From a virus (lineage: Duplodnaviria; Heunggongvirae; Uroviricota; Caudoviricetes), in IMG/VR virus record IMGVR_UViG_3300045049_000270: a stretch of 64,000 nt of DNA. One strand, 5' to 3'. Below are positions 48,651 through 57,564 of the stretch, piece by piece. The translations under genes were made by a program, and so were the position numbers. Each line of letters starts with the position of its first letter. Positions within the stretch are counted from its first letter, which is position 1. The notes under the pieces are model-generated. The model was not told the origin of the DNA. It saw nothing but the letters and a program-made list of their open reading frames with translations, and ran no database searches.

Positions 48651-48711
48651 TCAAGGCTTCTGTTTACAATTGTCTCCATACCATCTAGAAAAGTTTGGCT
48701 TGGGGACAATT

Positions 48712-48912
48712 TTATGACAATTCTGGACATTCAAGCATTTCACGATTGGCATGAGATATTTTCATCTTGGCAATTGCGTCTGGTGAGTGTGAAATTCCTT
48801 TATTTGGTGCGATGCGCCCTTTGAAAGGTTTACTTTTTGCAGTTTCAATAATTCTAAAGTACCATGTTGTATACTTATTAGCTAAGAACATATGTCTCCT
48901 GTTATGCATGTC
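48712..48912 (-). pseudogene. Homing endonuclease remnant (HNH/NUMOD3-type)
   Basis: FLANKYTTWYFRII N-terminus joined directly to NUMOD3-like NKGISHSPDAIAKMK; nuclease domain absent. Confidence 0.6.
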
Positions 48913-48940
48913 ATATGTTCTATTATTGACAGGTGACAAA

Positions 48941-49441
48941 ATTAAGATACTTTTACCAGAAAACCGAAGCTTTGACATGAACGAGATACCAGATGAGGTG
49001 GATGATCTTCGGTACTGTGTTCTGGATTATAGCAACCAGCAAGACGTTGATTTCTTCTTTATACCACTGATTTTCTTGGATAACTTCCCACGTCCTGCTG
49101 CTGATTTGCAATTGGGACCATACCGCATCCAAATGCCATTAGATTGGTCAATTATGATCGTTGACAAAATCAGTGGTGCAATGGAAATCTTGGAATTGAA
49201 GAATATTAATGACCGAGAATTCACGGCATTTGCCATGAATCCAATTAACGGCTACATGCCACACTTTTTGGATATCACCATCTTGAACATCTTCCCAGAT
49301 GTGAACTGGTATTTCCCAAAACTCAAATACGGCCATATTCTAGCTGTGCCTGTTGAGGACGGCGATTCTCCACTTTGTGTTTATTTTGTCAAAGACACAA
49401 ATAAATTACCAGACGTCTTAGACATTACCAAAATCGTCTAA
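48941..49441 (+). CDS. Hypothetical protein (start uncertain)
   Basis: Protein-like sequence from IKILLPENRSFD; WYFPKLK motif. Confidence 0.7.
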   Translation: MKILLPENRSFDMNEIPDEVDDLRYCVLDYSNQQDVDFFFIPLIFLDNFPRPAADLQLGPYRIQMPLDWSIMIVDKISGAMEILELKNINDREFTAFAMNPINGYMPHFLDITILNIFPDVNWYFPKLKYGHILAVPVEDGDSPLCVYFVKDTNKLPDVLDITKIV

Positions 49442-49477
49442 AAGAAAGCCCGATGAAAAACATTTCTTCATCGGGCT
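49440..49477 (-). terminator. Terminator with U-tract on the minus strand
   Basis: AGCCCGATGAA/TTCATCGGGCT preceded on plus by AAAGAA. Confidence 0.7.
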
Positions 49478-49577
49478 CACTAACCTGCGGTTTTGGGGAG
49501 ACTCAGGTAAAATTCATCTGGGGATTTGTTTTCCCCTACAAAAATATTTATCATAGATCTCAAAAGAGATAGGGATA

Positions 49578-50108
49578 ATGAGCGAAACGCCAAAACTAGA
49601 TATTTTCTATGAATTAGAAAATGCAGATCTGAAAAATATGGATTTCTATGCCAATTTGGAACCAGAACTGCAAAAACAATTTTCACCATTAGTGGCAATG
49701 CGTTGGATGAGTGCCGTTCCTGATAGTTCACCTTACAAAGATTACTATATAATGATGGTGAATGGTATAGTCAATGTTGACTTTTGGTCACTCAGGGATC
49801 ACCCAGAACTGCAATGGAAGCTTATGGCTTTAGCAGGTTGCGGTACGAAGATCCGCCATTCATGGATCCCCATGGCTAAACGTAAGAAGATCGGCAAGAT
49901 CGCAGAATTCATGCTGCGATGGTATCCAAGTGCTAATGATATGGAACTTGGAATTATAATGTCAGGAATGAATAGAGATGGATTCGAGCAGTTTGTTAAA
50001 ACAACCGGCGCAAGCGACGAAGAACTCAAAGAACTCCTCAAACAATACGACGTCGAAAACGGCACGAGCGCCCCGAAAAAAGCAATCACAAGAAAACGAA
50101 AAGCCTAA
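49578..50108 (+). CDS. Putative clamp-loader small subunit (gp62-like)
   Basis: FSPLVAMRWMS, HPELQWKL, HSWI patterns. Confidence 0.55.
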   Translation: MSETPKLDIFYELENADLKNMDFYANLEPELQKQFSPLVAMRWMSAVPDSSPYKDYYIMMVNGIVNVDFWSLRDHPELQWKLMALAGCGTKIRHSWIPMAKRKKIGKIAEFMLRWYPSANDMELGIIMSGMNRDGFEQFVKTTGASDEELKELLKQYDVENGTSAPKKAITRKRKA

Positions 50109-50778
50109 ATTTGAATGTGAATTCTGTAAGAAGTCATTCGCTCGAGAAAGCACATTAGCGGTTCACATTTGTGTTAACAAGCAACGATGGTTGAGTAGAG
50201 ATGAGAAATATGTGAAGATGGGCTTCTTCATATACAAAAAGTTCTATGATCTCAATTATCGGAATGCGAAGCCACGCTCGTATGATGACTTTATGAAAAG
50301 TTCACATTACACTGGTTTTGTGAAGTTTGGAAGATATCTACTAGATATCAACGCTATAAACCCAGAAGCATTTGTTGAGTTTTTACTCAAGGCGCGAGTG
50401 CCAATGAAAAATTGGGAAAAGCCATTCGTTTATGAACAATATATTCGAGAGTTAAATAAACGCGAACCAGCTGATGCCGCATTTGAACGCAATGTATTGT
50501 TGATGCAGCAATGGTCTCTGGATACCGGTGTTGATTGGACAGAATTCTTTAAACAAGTTAGTCCCATATTAGCCACAAAATGGATTCAGGGTGGGCGGGT
50601 AAGTCCTTGGGTATTGTATGCGGCGTCAACATCTGAACATCTGTTTAATCGCCTTAGCGATGAACAATTGAAGATGATCGAACAATGTGTTGATCCAAGA
50701 TTTTGGACACGTAAATTTGAGCAGCAGCCAGATGATTTCAAATTCATCAAGGATTTACTACGAGAAGCGGGAGTATAA
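49978..50778 (+). CDS. Zinc-finger protein of the replication module
   Basis: CEFC...HIC zinc finger; GRVSPWV. Confidence 0.75.
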   Translation: MDSSSLLKQPAQATKNSKNSSNNTTSKTARAPRKKQSQENEKPKFECEFCKKSFARESTLAVHICVNKQRWLSRDEKYVKMGFFIYKKFYDLNYRNAKPRSYDDFMKSSHYTGFVKFGRYLLDINAINPEAFVEFLLKARVPMKNWEKPFVYEQYIRELNKREPADAAFERNVLLMQQWSLDTGVDWTEFFKQVSPILATKWIQGGRVSPWVLYAASTSEHLFNRLSDEQLKMIEQCVDPRFWTRKFEQQPDDFKFIKDLLREAGV

Positions 50779-51104
50779 TGACACCAGAACAACGAGCTTT
50801 GATGTATGGCCCTCTTGAGGAAGATGCGATAGAATCTGAGGCTCAGTATCAACCAGAAGACATAGAAACTTCTCTAGCAAGTGCGGGTGGTGGTATGGTG
50901 ACTATTGCTGTTGGTAAATCAACAGCAACCGTACCCACTATCGCATATACAAAAATACTGGAAAATCGTGTTATTGAGCTTGAACGAGCCCTCAGAAATG
51001 CAAATAACACTAACCGCAGAATGTCTGTTTCATTGAATCAATTAGTGAAAGCCGTTCAAAATTTGGAATCACAGCTAAACAATAAATTGGATAAACCATT
51101 CTAA
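50778..51104 (+). CDS. Hypothetical coiled-coil protein
   Basis: TAATG-coupled; heptad-rich C-terminus. Confidence 0.75.
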   Translation: MTPEQRALMYGPLEEDAIESEAQYQPEDIETSLASAGGGMVTIAVGKSTATVPTIAYTKILENRVIELERALRNANNTNRRMSVSLNQLVKAVQNLESQLNNKLDKPF

Positions 51105-51592
51105 TGGCTACCTCTTGCTATATTACTGATTATACGAAGAACGTTCGCTCAGCCTTGTTCTTCAAACTTGATGACTTTAGTGAAGTCATCGATGCTTGGG
51201 AAAAACAAGATGCACTTCTAGTTGACCTTAGCCAACAAGTAGATATGTTTGCTAATATCACTAGATGGTGCGATCTTGAGCCTTTACATTGGCAATTAAT
51301 TCTTGCTACAAATTTCAGATCAATTGATGCTCTTCCTGAAGAAGATCAAGAAGACATGACAAATCCTACGGTAGCCAGCTTTCATCGTATGATTATGGGA
51401 CTTGTGCTATGTTTGGAAGAACGTTGCCAATATGCTCATGTGGATACAATTAAGATAATAAGGACTGGTGAACTGGATTGTAGTTATGAATTCACAATTA
51501 GTATGATGGCTATTCGAGCCAATGACGGTAATCAACAGAATAAGCCGAAACCCACATTTTCAGTTGTTGTGGATAACACTGACAAAAAATGA
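51104..51592 (+). CDS. Hypothetical protein
   Basis: TAATG-coupled 162-aa ORF. Confidence 0.75.
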   Translation: MATSCYITDYTKNVRSALFFKLDDFSEVIDAWEKQDALLVDLSQQVDMFANITRWCDLEPLHWQLILATNFRSIDALPEEDQEDMTNPTVASFHRMIMGLVLCLEERCQYAHVDTIKIIRTGELDCSYEFTISMMAIRANDGNQQNKPKPTFSVVVDNTDKK

Positions 51593-51657
51593 AAGAATAT
51601 TAAAATATGCGATGCAAACTACTGGGCTTTCCGATCACATCATAAGAAAAAGATATT

Positions 51658-52248
51658 ATGGTTAGAACTGATATTGACATTGACTTTGCCAATAGAGATT
51701 TGGCATTGGCAGAGCTTGCTCATATTCCTGCGTCAATCGAAAAGAATAATGCCTTTGTACGACATAACAGTGGCGTATACTTTCAAAATATTCCTGTCAA
51801 TCCGTTTACCGAATTGGCAAGTATTCCATATCAACAAGCTGAAGAGTTAGGATATATCAAGATCGACTTCTTGAACAACAGTATCTATTCTGGCGTAAGA
51901 GATGAAAAGCATCTTGATGAATTGTGTAATAGGGAGCCAGATTGGGAATTTCTTGAATCACACGATTTCGTTGATATGCTTGCCCATTTACATGGTCATT
52001 TTGATGTAGTCGACGCTATCAAGCCAAAAAATGTAATTGATTTGGCAATTTGTTTGGCTCTAATTCGCCCAGGTAAGCGGCATCTACTAAATAAAAGTAG
52101 AGCCGAAATTGATAAAGAGATTTGGATCCAGCCTTCAGATGGAACCTATCATTTTAAGAAGTCACATAGTTTAGCCTATGCGATGTCAATAGTGGTTCAG
52201 ATGAATCTTATTGTCGAACAGGCATTAGAAAGCAGTGACAACGAATGA
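51658..52248 (+). CDS. Minimal DNA polymerase III alpha (DnaE)-like protein
   Basis: DIDIDF, HNSGV, GYIKIDFL, ALIRPG, FKKSHSLAYA motifs in 196 aa. Confidence 0.85.
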   Translation: MVRTDIDIDFANRDLALAELAHIPASIEKNNAFVRHNSGVYFQNIPVNPFTELASIPYQQAEELGYIKIDFLNNSIYSGVRDEKHLDELCNREPDWEFLESHDFVDMLAHLHGHFDVVDAIKPKNVIDLAICLALIRPGKRHLLNKSRAEIDKEIWIQPSDGTYHFKKSHSLAYAMSIVVQMNLIVEQALESSDNE

Positions 52249-52675
52249 TAAACGATCATTAATTGAGCCATCAGCACAAATATGCGTTGGTACTGATGGT
52301 TATCGAGAACCATGGTTGTGTGCCGATGTCACTAGAGGCAATGAAATCTGGTATACCATTCGCCTCTTTCCGCTCTACCATCATGAGAAGCGATTAACAA
52401 CTGGTCGCTTTGTTCAATACAGTTCAAGTCCTCTAGACTATCAAGCAACTGTTCGACTTAACACTACAAAACCATTGCCAGTTTATGCTGGTATTGAGTT
52501 TCCAACTTTCAATGCGATTGTGCAAAAGCAGGTCGAATGGTGTGTCGAACAATGTGCAGAATTGGGTGGTCAATGGTCAATTCATATTGAATCATTTTCT
52601 GTTACTGATCTTGCAATAAATTATACCTTCAATAATCCTACTGTAGCCGTTGCTTTTAAATTGATCTGGCTATGA
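52235..52675 (+). CDS. Small protein, family B
   Basis: EWC...GQW and C-terminal YTFNNPTVAVAFKLIW. Confidence 0.75.
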   Translation: MTTNDKRSLIEPSAQICVGTDGYREPWLCADVTRGNEIWYTIRLFPLYHHEKRLTTGRFVQYSSSPLDYQATVRLNTTKPLPVYAGIEFPTFNAIVQKQVEWCVEQCAELGGQWSIHIESFSVTDLAINYTFNNPTVAVAFKLIWL

Positions 52676-52914
52676 GCCATTTCAAAGTAATGCAGCCTCG
52701 TGTTCTTCCTCGTTTTGAAACGTTGAAGTTTATAGTCGCTATCAATCAAATAGCTAGTTTTCGAGAACTAGCTTCAATCTATAGCTGGTGTTATATGAAC
52801 TGTACTGAATGGAACCTCCAAATTGCCAACAATCTGGAGGATCCTGGTGTGGTATTGTTTGGATTTAATGATGAATTAGAAGCCCTGATGTTTAAACTTA
52901 CTTGGGCTTGCTAA
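52672..52914 (+). CDS. Small protein, family B
   Basis: SWCYMNC and C-terminal FGFNDELEALMFKLTW. Confidence 0.78.
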   Translation: MSHFKVMQPRVLPRFETLKFIVAINQIASFRELASIYSWCYMNCTEWNLQIANNLEDPGVVLFGFNDELEALMFKLTWAC

Positions 52915-53298
52915 TCATTTCTGATCTGGCATTTTTCGAACTAATGTGATTTGACGCTTGCGAATGCGTCGAGATATGGTTTCCTGCAAACTTACTGCGT
53001 GGCCGGATACCAAATTGAAGTCTTTTCTACTAAAGTGCCGTAAGTACGGACGGAAGATCAAGAATTGTTCTTTAAAAAAGATGTTGATAGGAATTTGACG
53101 GTTACTTCCCCACCACCATTCCTCACCATATTTCAAGAATTGCAATCTTAATGCTTCATTTGGAATCATATCTAAAACATACATTGACAACAAATTGTTA
53201 TCTGAATTTTGAATGATACCAATGTACTCCCGTTCATCAAACTGGCCGTAGCTCAGAAAGGGAAATGCTTCTAGAATTTTTGAGATATTTTCGTTCAT
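52915..53298 (-). CDS. Hypothetical late protein
   Basis: FPFLS, YIGIIQN, WWWGSNRQIPINIF; late promoter at 53325..53331 (minus). Confidence 0.8.
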   Translation of the reverse strand: MNENISKILEAFPFLSYGQFDEREYIGIIQNSDNNLLSMYVLDMIPNEALRLQFLKYGEEWWWGSNRQIPINIFFKEQFLIFRPYLRHFSRKDFNLVSGHAVSLQETISRRIRKRQITLVRKMPDQK

Positions 53299-53402
53299 GA
53301 ACGGTTTTTACAAAGTGTTGCAGGTATTTATGCCACATGAATCTTTAATCACTGGGGAAACTCTAGAAATGAACATAAATAATCATATCTAGAAGGACAT
53401 CC

Positions 53403-54227
53403 GTGATGGCTAATGTCAATATTTACCAATTTCCACAAGTCGTACAAGTGTCAAGACCCAATGCGATTTCTGCTGCATCGGTAATAAACCGTACCGACTT
53501 CAATGCTTTCAAAAACATTGATAATAATGTCGAGTTTTTGATCAAGGATTGGGACAATAAGCCAGTTAATCTTACTAATCTGACCGTAACTATTTACATC
53601 GTTGATTATCAGAACCAAATCTTAATGTCCATCACCAATCCAGTACTTACTATTGTCAATCCTACGCGTGGTCATTGTCGACTTACTCTGTTGAAACAAG
53701 ATACATTCGACTGGATACCTGGATACTTCAGTTATAGTTTGACTGTTACTGATTCTACTGGTTTAGAAACTGCTCTTTATATCGACAAGTCACGGGTAGT
53801 TCAAGGGTTCTTTGAATTGCAACAAGGTCCGTTACCAAACCCAGTGAGCGCCACTATCCTGACGCCAGACTCGTTCACCGCACAATCATGGGGTTCAGAT
53901 ACAAGCATTTCATCATATCTAGTTGCACAAGAATATCCTGGTGCTGCCCAGTCAGACAACCGTTCAGGTCTGCAAACAATAGCGGTATATGCCAATAACT
54001 TTTCTGGTACATTATGGGTTCAAGCAAGCTTAGAAAATTCCCCACCAAATGATGACAATCAATGGTTTGATGTGACACTCAATACTGGTAATACAAGTGC
54101 CAATTTTACGAGTTATACTGGTATTACGCATTTTTCTTTTGTTGGAAGTTATATGTGGTTGCGTTTTATTCAGCAGTTATCTGGTATCAATCAAGGTAGC
54201 ATCACCCAAATCTTGCTAAAAAATTGA
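53403..54227 (+). CDS. Putative virion structural protein
   Basis: ATAAATA at 53375; beta-rich, S/T/N-rich. Confidence 0.7.
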   Translation: MMANVNIYQFPQVVQVSRPNAISAASVINRTDFNAFKNIDNNVEFLIKDWDNKPVNLTNLTVTIYIVDYQNQILMSITNPVLTIVNPTRGHCRLTLLKQDTFDWIPGYFSYSLTVTDSTGLETALYIDKSRVVQGFFELQQGPLPNPVSATILTPDSFTAQSWGSDTSISSYLVAQEYPGAAQSDNRSGLQTIAVYANNFSGTLWVQASLENSPPNDDNQWFDVTLNTGNTSANFTSYTGITHFSFVGSYMWLRFIQQLSGINQGSITQILLKN

Positions 54228-54252
54228 TGCCCGCTATATACCGCAATACAAT
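54224..54252 (+). promoter_or_regulatory. Sigma70-like promoter
   Basis: TTGATG-17 nt-TACAAT. Confidence 0.55.
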
Positions 54253-54336
54253 GTGGTATAGGCAATCAAATTATATAGATGGCCACATTCGGTGGCCATC
54301 GTCATCTTACAAATACAAAAATCAACGGAGCATTCA

Positions 54337-55413
54337 ATGGCTTTGCAAGAGCTTAGAGAAGCACTAGCAAACGGTGGTGTCGTAGTCAATCAAGATCCTG
54401 ATTTCATTATAGATGCAATTAGATCAAACCTTCCCGGTGTTGTGAAGCGCGTACAAGGCGGAATCAATATTAATTGCCCCATGTGTGTTGCTCGTGGCGA
54501 GCCAAGACCAGATACGAAATATCGATGTGGTATTCGATTCTTTCCTGGTGGAAGCCTAGCTATTAACTGCTTTAATTGCCGATTGGCAACTCGTTGGTCT
54601 CCTGGCTTGCCATTAAACCGCAATGTCCGGGATTTTCTTATTCACCTCGGTATTAATGAACTGGATGTGAAGAAGCTGAACTTCACTGCATGGAAAATGA
54701 TGCAGAATGCTGAAACAAAATTTGTGGCTGAAAACCCAGTTTTCATTCCAGCATTTAATGAAGTAGAACTGCCCAAAAATGCCAAGACAATTTCAGAATG
54801 GGCACAAGCTGGTGAAACTAGCTTGGATTTTCTTGAAGTTGCCCAATATGCCATCTCACGCGGAGATGATGTCTGGTGTGCTAGTGAATTTTATTGGACC
54901 CCAGATACAGAACACATTATGAATCGGCGCGTTATCCTGCCGTTCTATTGGAAAGACAAGCTCGTTGGATATTCAGGGCGACTTATTGATGAAGAATTAG
55001 TCAAAAAAGGAAAGCCAAAATATTACTCAGAAGTACCAGCGCATTATTTGTTTAACAATTCTATGATAGACAAACCCCGCAAGTTTATAATCTTGGTCGA
55101 AGGTGTTTTTGATGCATTGGCAATCGAAGGTGTTGCCACACAAGGCGCAAAGCTATCAGAGCAACAAGCATTCTGGCTGAAGCAATCAGGAAGACAGATT
55201 ATCGTTCTTCCGGACCGCGACAAAGCTGGTCAAAAACTCATCGATTTGGCATTGGAACATGACTGGATGGTGAGCCTCCCAGAATGGGATGCTGGAATTA
55301 AAGATGCCAACGATGCTGTTAAAACCTATGGTCGTTTATATACAGTACGTTCGATTATTGACGCAGCGACGGATAACAAGCTAAAAATTAACCTAGCTAG
55401 AAAAAGATTTTAA
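54337..55413 (+). CDS. gp61: DNA primase (T4 gp61/DnaG-like)
   Basis: CPMC/CFNC zinc domain, GYSGR, PKY, VEGVFD, PDRDKAG, KDAND TOPRIM motifs. Confidence 0.93.
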   Translation: MALQELREALANGGVVVNQDPDFIIDAIRSNLPGVVKRVQGGININCPMCVARGEPRPDTKYRCGIRFFPGGSLAINCFNCRLATRWSPGLPLNRNVRDFLIHLGINELDVKKLNFTAWKMMQNAETKFVAENPVFIPAFNEVELPKNAKTISEWAQAGETSLDFLEVAQYAISRGDDVWCASEFYWTPDTEHIMNRRVILPFYWKDKLVGYSGRLIDEELVKKGKPKYYSEVPAHYLFNNSMIDKPRKFIILVEGVFDALAIEGVATQGAKLSEQQAFWLKQSGRQIIVLPDRDKAGQKLIDLALEHDWMVSLPEWDAGIKDANDAVKTYGRLYTVRSIIDAATDNKLKINLARKRF

Positions 55414-55415
55414 GA

Positions 55416-56987
55416 ATGGTATACAAAAAAGAAAAAGAAGAAATCAAAAGTTATCCATTGGAAGTACAAGAGAATTATTTGAACTTTCTGATGAGTGATC
55501 CAGTGGCATTTACGCGATGCCAAAATATTCTGGATGTAAATCACTGGAATGACCGTTTGAAGCCAGCAATTCGATATCTGTTGAAATTTGCGGAAGAATT
55601 CAGGGCACTTCCAACACCGGAACAAATTAAGGCTGAAACAGCAATCCAAATTACGAAGGTCGAAAGTATTCAGGAACAACATACTGAATGGTTCTTAAAA
55701 GAGATTGAAGGTTTTTGTCGTCATCGAGCAATCGAAAATGTGATTTATGATGGTGCCGATCTAATCACAACCGGACATTATTCGACAGTTGAACAACGCC
55801 TTCGTGATGCAATCACAATCTCGCTGCAACGTGATCTTGGTACGGATTATTTTGCCGATCCCAAGTCGCGTATTCAAGCAGTACTCGATCGTAGTGATAT
55901 GGTGGCTACTGGTTGGCGTGATCTTGATGCAAAGCTTTACGGTGGTTTCACCAAAGGCGCATTGAATATCTTTGCTGGTGGCTCAGGATCTGGTAAGTCA
56001 TTGTTCTTGCAAAATCTGGCCTTGAACTGGGTTTTTATGGGGTTGCATGTGATCTATATCACGCTTGAACTATCAGAAAACTTGGTTTCTACACGCTTGG
56101 ATGCAATGGTTGCTGGTGTTAGCACTAAAGATGTTTTTAAGAAACTTGACGATGTAGACCTGAAGGTGCGATTGAAAGGTAAACAATCAGGTGGTAGTTT
56201 GATTGTGAAGAAGATGGCGGAGGCTGGCACATCTGCTAACGTTATTCGTGCATATTTGAAAGAATATGAAATTCAAACTGGTCGTAAACCAGATGCATTG
56301 GTTATCGATTATTTGGATTTGATGTATCCAAATAACATGAAGATCAATCCAAGCGACATGTTTGTAAAAGACAAATACGTAGCTGAAGAAATGCGTGCTT
56401 TGATGAGTGAATATAACGTGTTGAATGCTACCGCATCACAGTTGAATCGTGCATCAGTTGAAGCTCATGAATTTGATCACAGCCACATTGCTGGTGGTAT
56501 TTCAAAGATCAACACAGCTGATAATGTGTTTGGTATTTTCACATCGCAACCCATGCGTGAACGTGGTGAATACCAAATTCAGTTTTTGAAAACACGTTCA
56601 TCATCAGCAGTTGGACAACGTATCAATTTGAAGTTTGATACTGCATCTTTACGTATTATGGATGTTGATGAAGGCGAAGAAATGATGCAAACTCGTGATC
56701 TTCAGAGTATTGGTAAAGCAATCAAGAATCGCATCAAAGAAGACGAACAAGCAGATGCCGAAGAAAAGAAGCCAGCTTTGGGTACGAATTTCAATGTTAA
56801 GGCAAAACCAGGACATGAAATTGGTAATCCAGATCGTACAGAATCTACGCCACCGTGGATGGCAAAAGATGAGTCACGTGCCGCAGCTAATGGTGCTTTG
56901 ACGCAAGTTGCGAAAGAACCACCGAAAGCATCGCCAACGCGTACAAATATTATGGATATTTTGAAACGCACGCAACGTGACGTTTGA
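55416..56987 (+). CDS. gp41: Replicative helicase (T4 gp41/DnaB-like)
   Basis: TGWxxLD, GGSGSGKS, ITLELSE, IDYLDL, TASQLNR, KTR. Confidence 0.96.
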   Translation: MVYKKEKEEIKSYPLEVQENYLNFLMSDPVAFTRCQNILDVNHWNDRLKPAIRYLLKFAEEFRALPTPEQIKAETAIQITKVESIQEQHTEWFLKEIEGFCRHRAIENVIYDGADLITTGHYSTVEQRLRDAITISLQRDLGTDYFADPKSRIQAVLDRSDMVATGWRDLDAKLYGGFTKGALNIFAGGSGSGKSLFLQNLALNWVFMGLHVIYITLELSENLVSTRLDAMVAGVSTKDVFKKLDDVDLKVRLKGKQSGGSLIVKKMAEAGTSANVIRAYLKEYEIQTGRKPDALVIDYLDLMYPNNMKINPSDMFVKDKYVAEEMRALMSEYNVLNATASQLNRASVEAHEFDHSHIAGGISKINTADNVFGIFTSQPMRERGEYQIQFLKTRSSSAVGQRINLKFDTASLRIMDVDEGEEMMQTRDLQSIGKAIKNRIKEDEQADAEEKKPALGTNFNVKAKPGHEIGNPDRTESTPPWMAKDESRAAANGALTQVAKEPPKASPTRTNIMDILKRTQRDV

Positions 56988-57046
56988 GTCCAATCACTTG
57001 GTATCTTGCGAAATAAATAGATACATATTGTGAGAAGCCATTCAGG

Positions 57047-57316
57047 ATGGATGAAGATATCCGAAAATTTATCGATTTGACTGAAAGTCTGGTAATACCA
57101 CCGATGCCTATGCAGCAACCGGTGGTATTAGAACCAGAAGTTCCAGATCAACCAGAACTTGAAGATGAGTTAGTCCAGGATATGGAAAAACTCATCTTCA
57201 AGCTTCGTAGTTATCAAGATCCCGACATTGGTGAATATTCTGCAGGAGTCGAAGCTGGCATGAATCGTGCCGCCGATATGGTGCAGAACCTGTTGAATCG
57301 TTTACGAGGTATGTAA
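57047..57316 (+). CDS. Putative internal head protein
   Basis: ATAAATA at 57013; DIRKFIDLTE leader. Confidence 0.7.
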   Translation: MDEDIRKFIDLTESLVIPPMPMQQPVVLEPEVPDQPELEDELVQDMEKLIFKLRSYQDPDIGEYSAGVEAGMNRAADMVQNLLNRLRGM

Positions 57317-57564
57317 TGGAAAAGCAGTTCCGCAGCATTATTGAAGAGCTGAGCTCCTATGCTCCTACCAATAACAAGGAGCTTTTTATTGAAAGTCGTG
57401 CTCAACAAGTTATCGCATCAGCACGCCATTTAATCAAGCTGTTGGAAAGCAGCTTCCCGGAAGAAGTATCTGAAGATCTCACAAAACGACTTTTGCTCGC
57501 TATCAAAAATGATGATGTTGAAAAGTTTGCACGTAAGATGCGTCAACTTCGAGAAGGCAAATAA
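57316..57564 (+). CDS. Small late protein
   Basis: TAATG-coupled; RSIIEEL, IESRAQQVI. Confidence 0.75.
   Translation: MEKQFRSIIEELSSYAPTNNKELFIESRAQQVIASARHLIKLLESSFPEEVSEDLTKRLLLAIKNDDVEKFARKMRQLREGK

Noticed and set aside
48767-48907. N-terminal part of the 224-aa ORF call
   Set aside because: It is the antisense of the endonuclease remnant and is not protein-like
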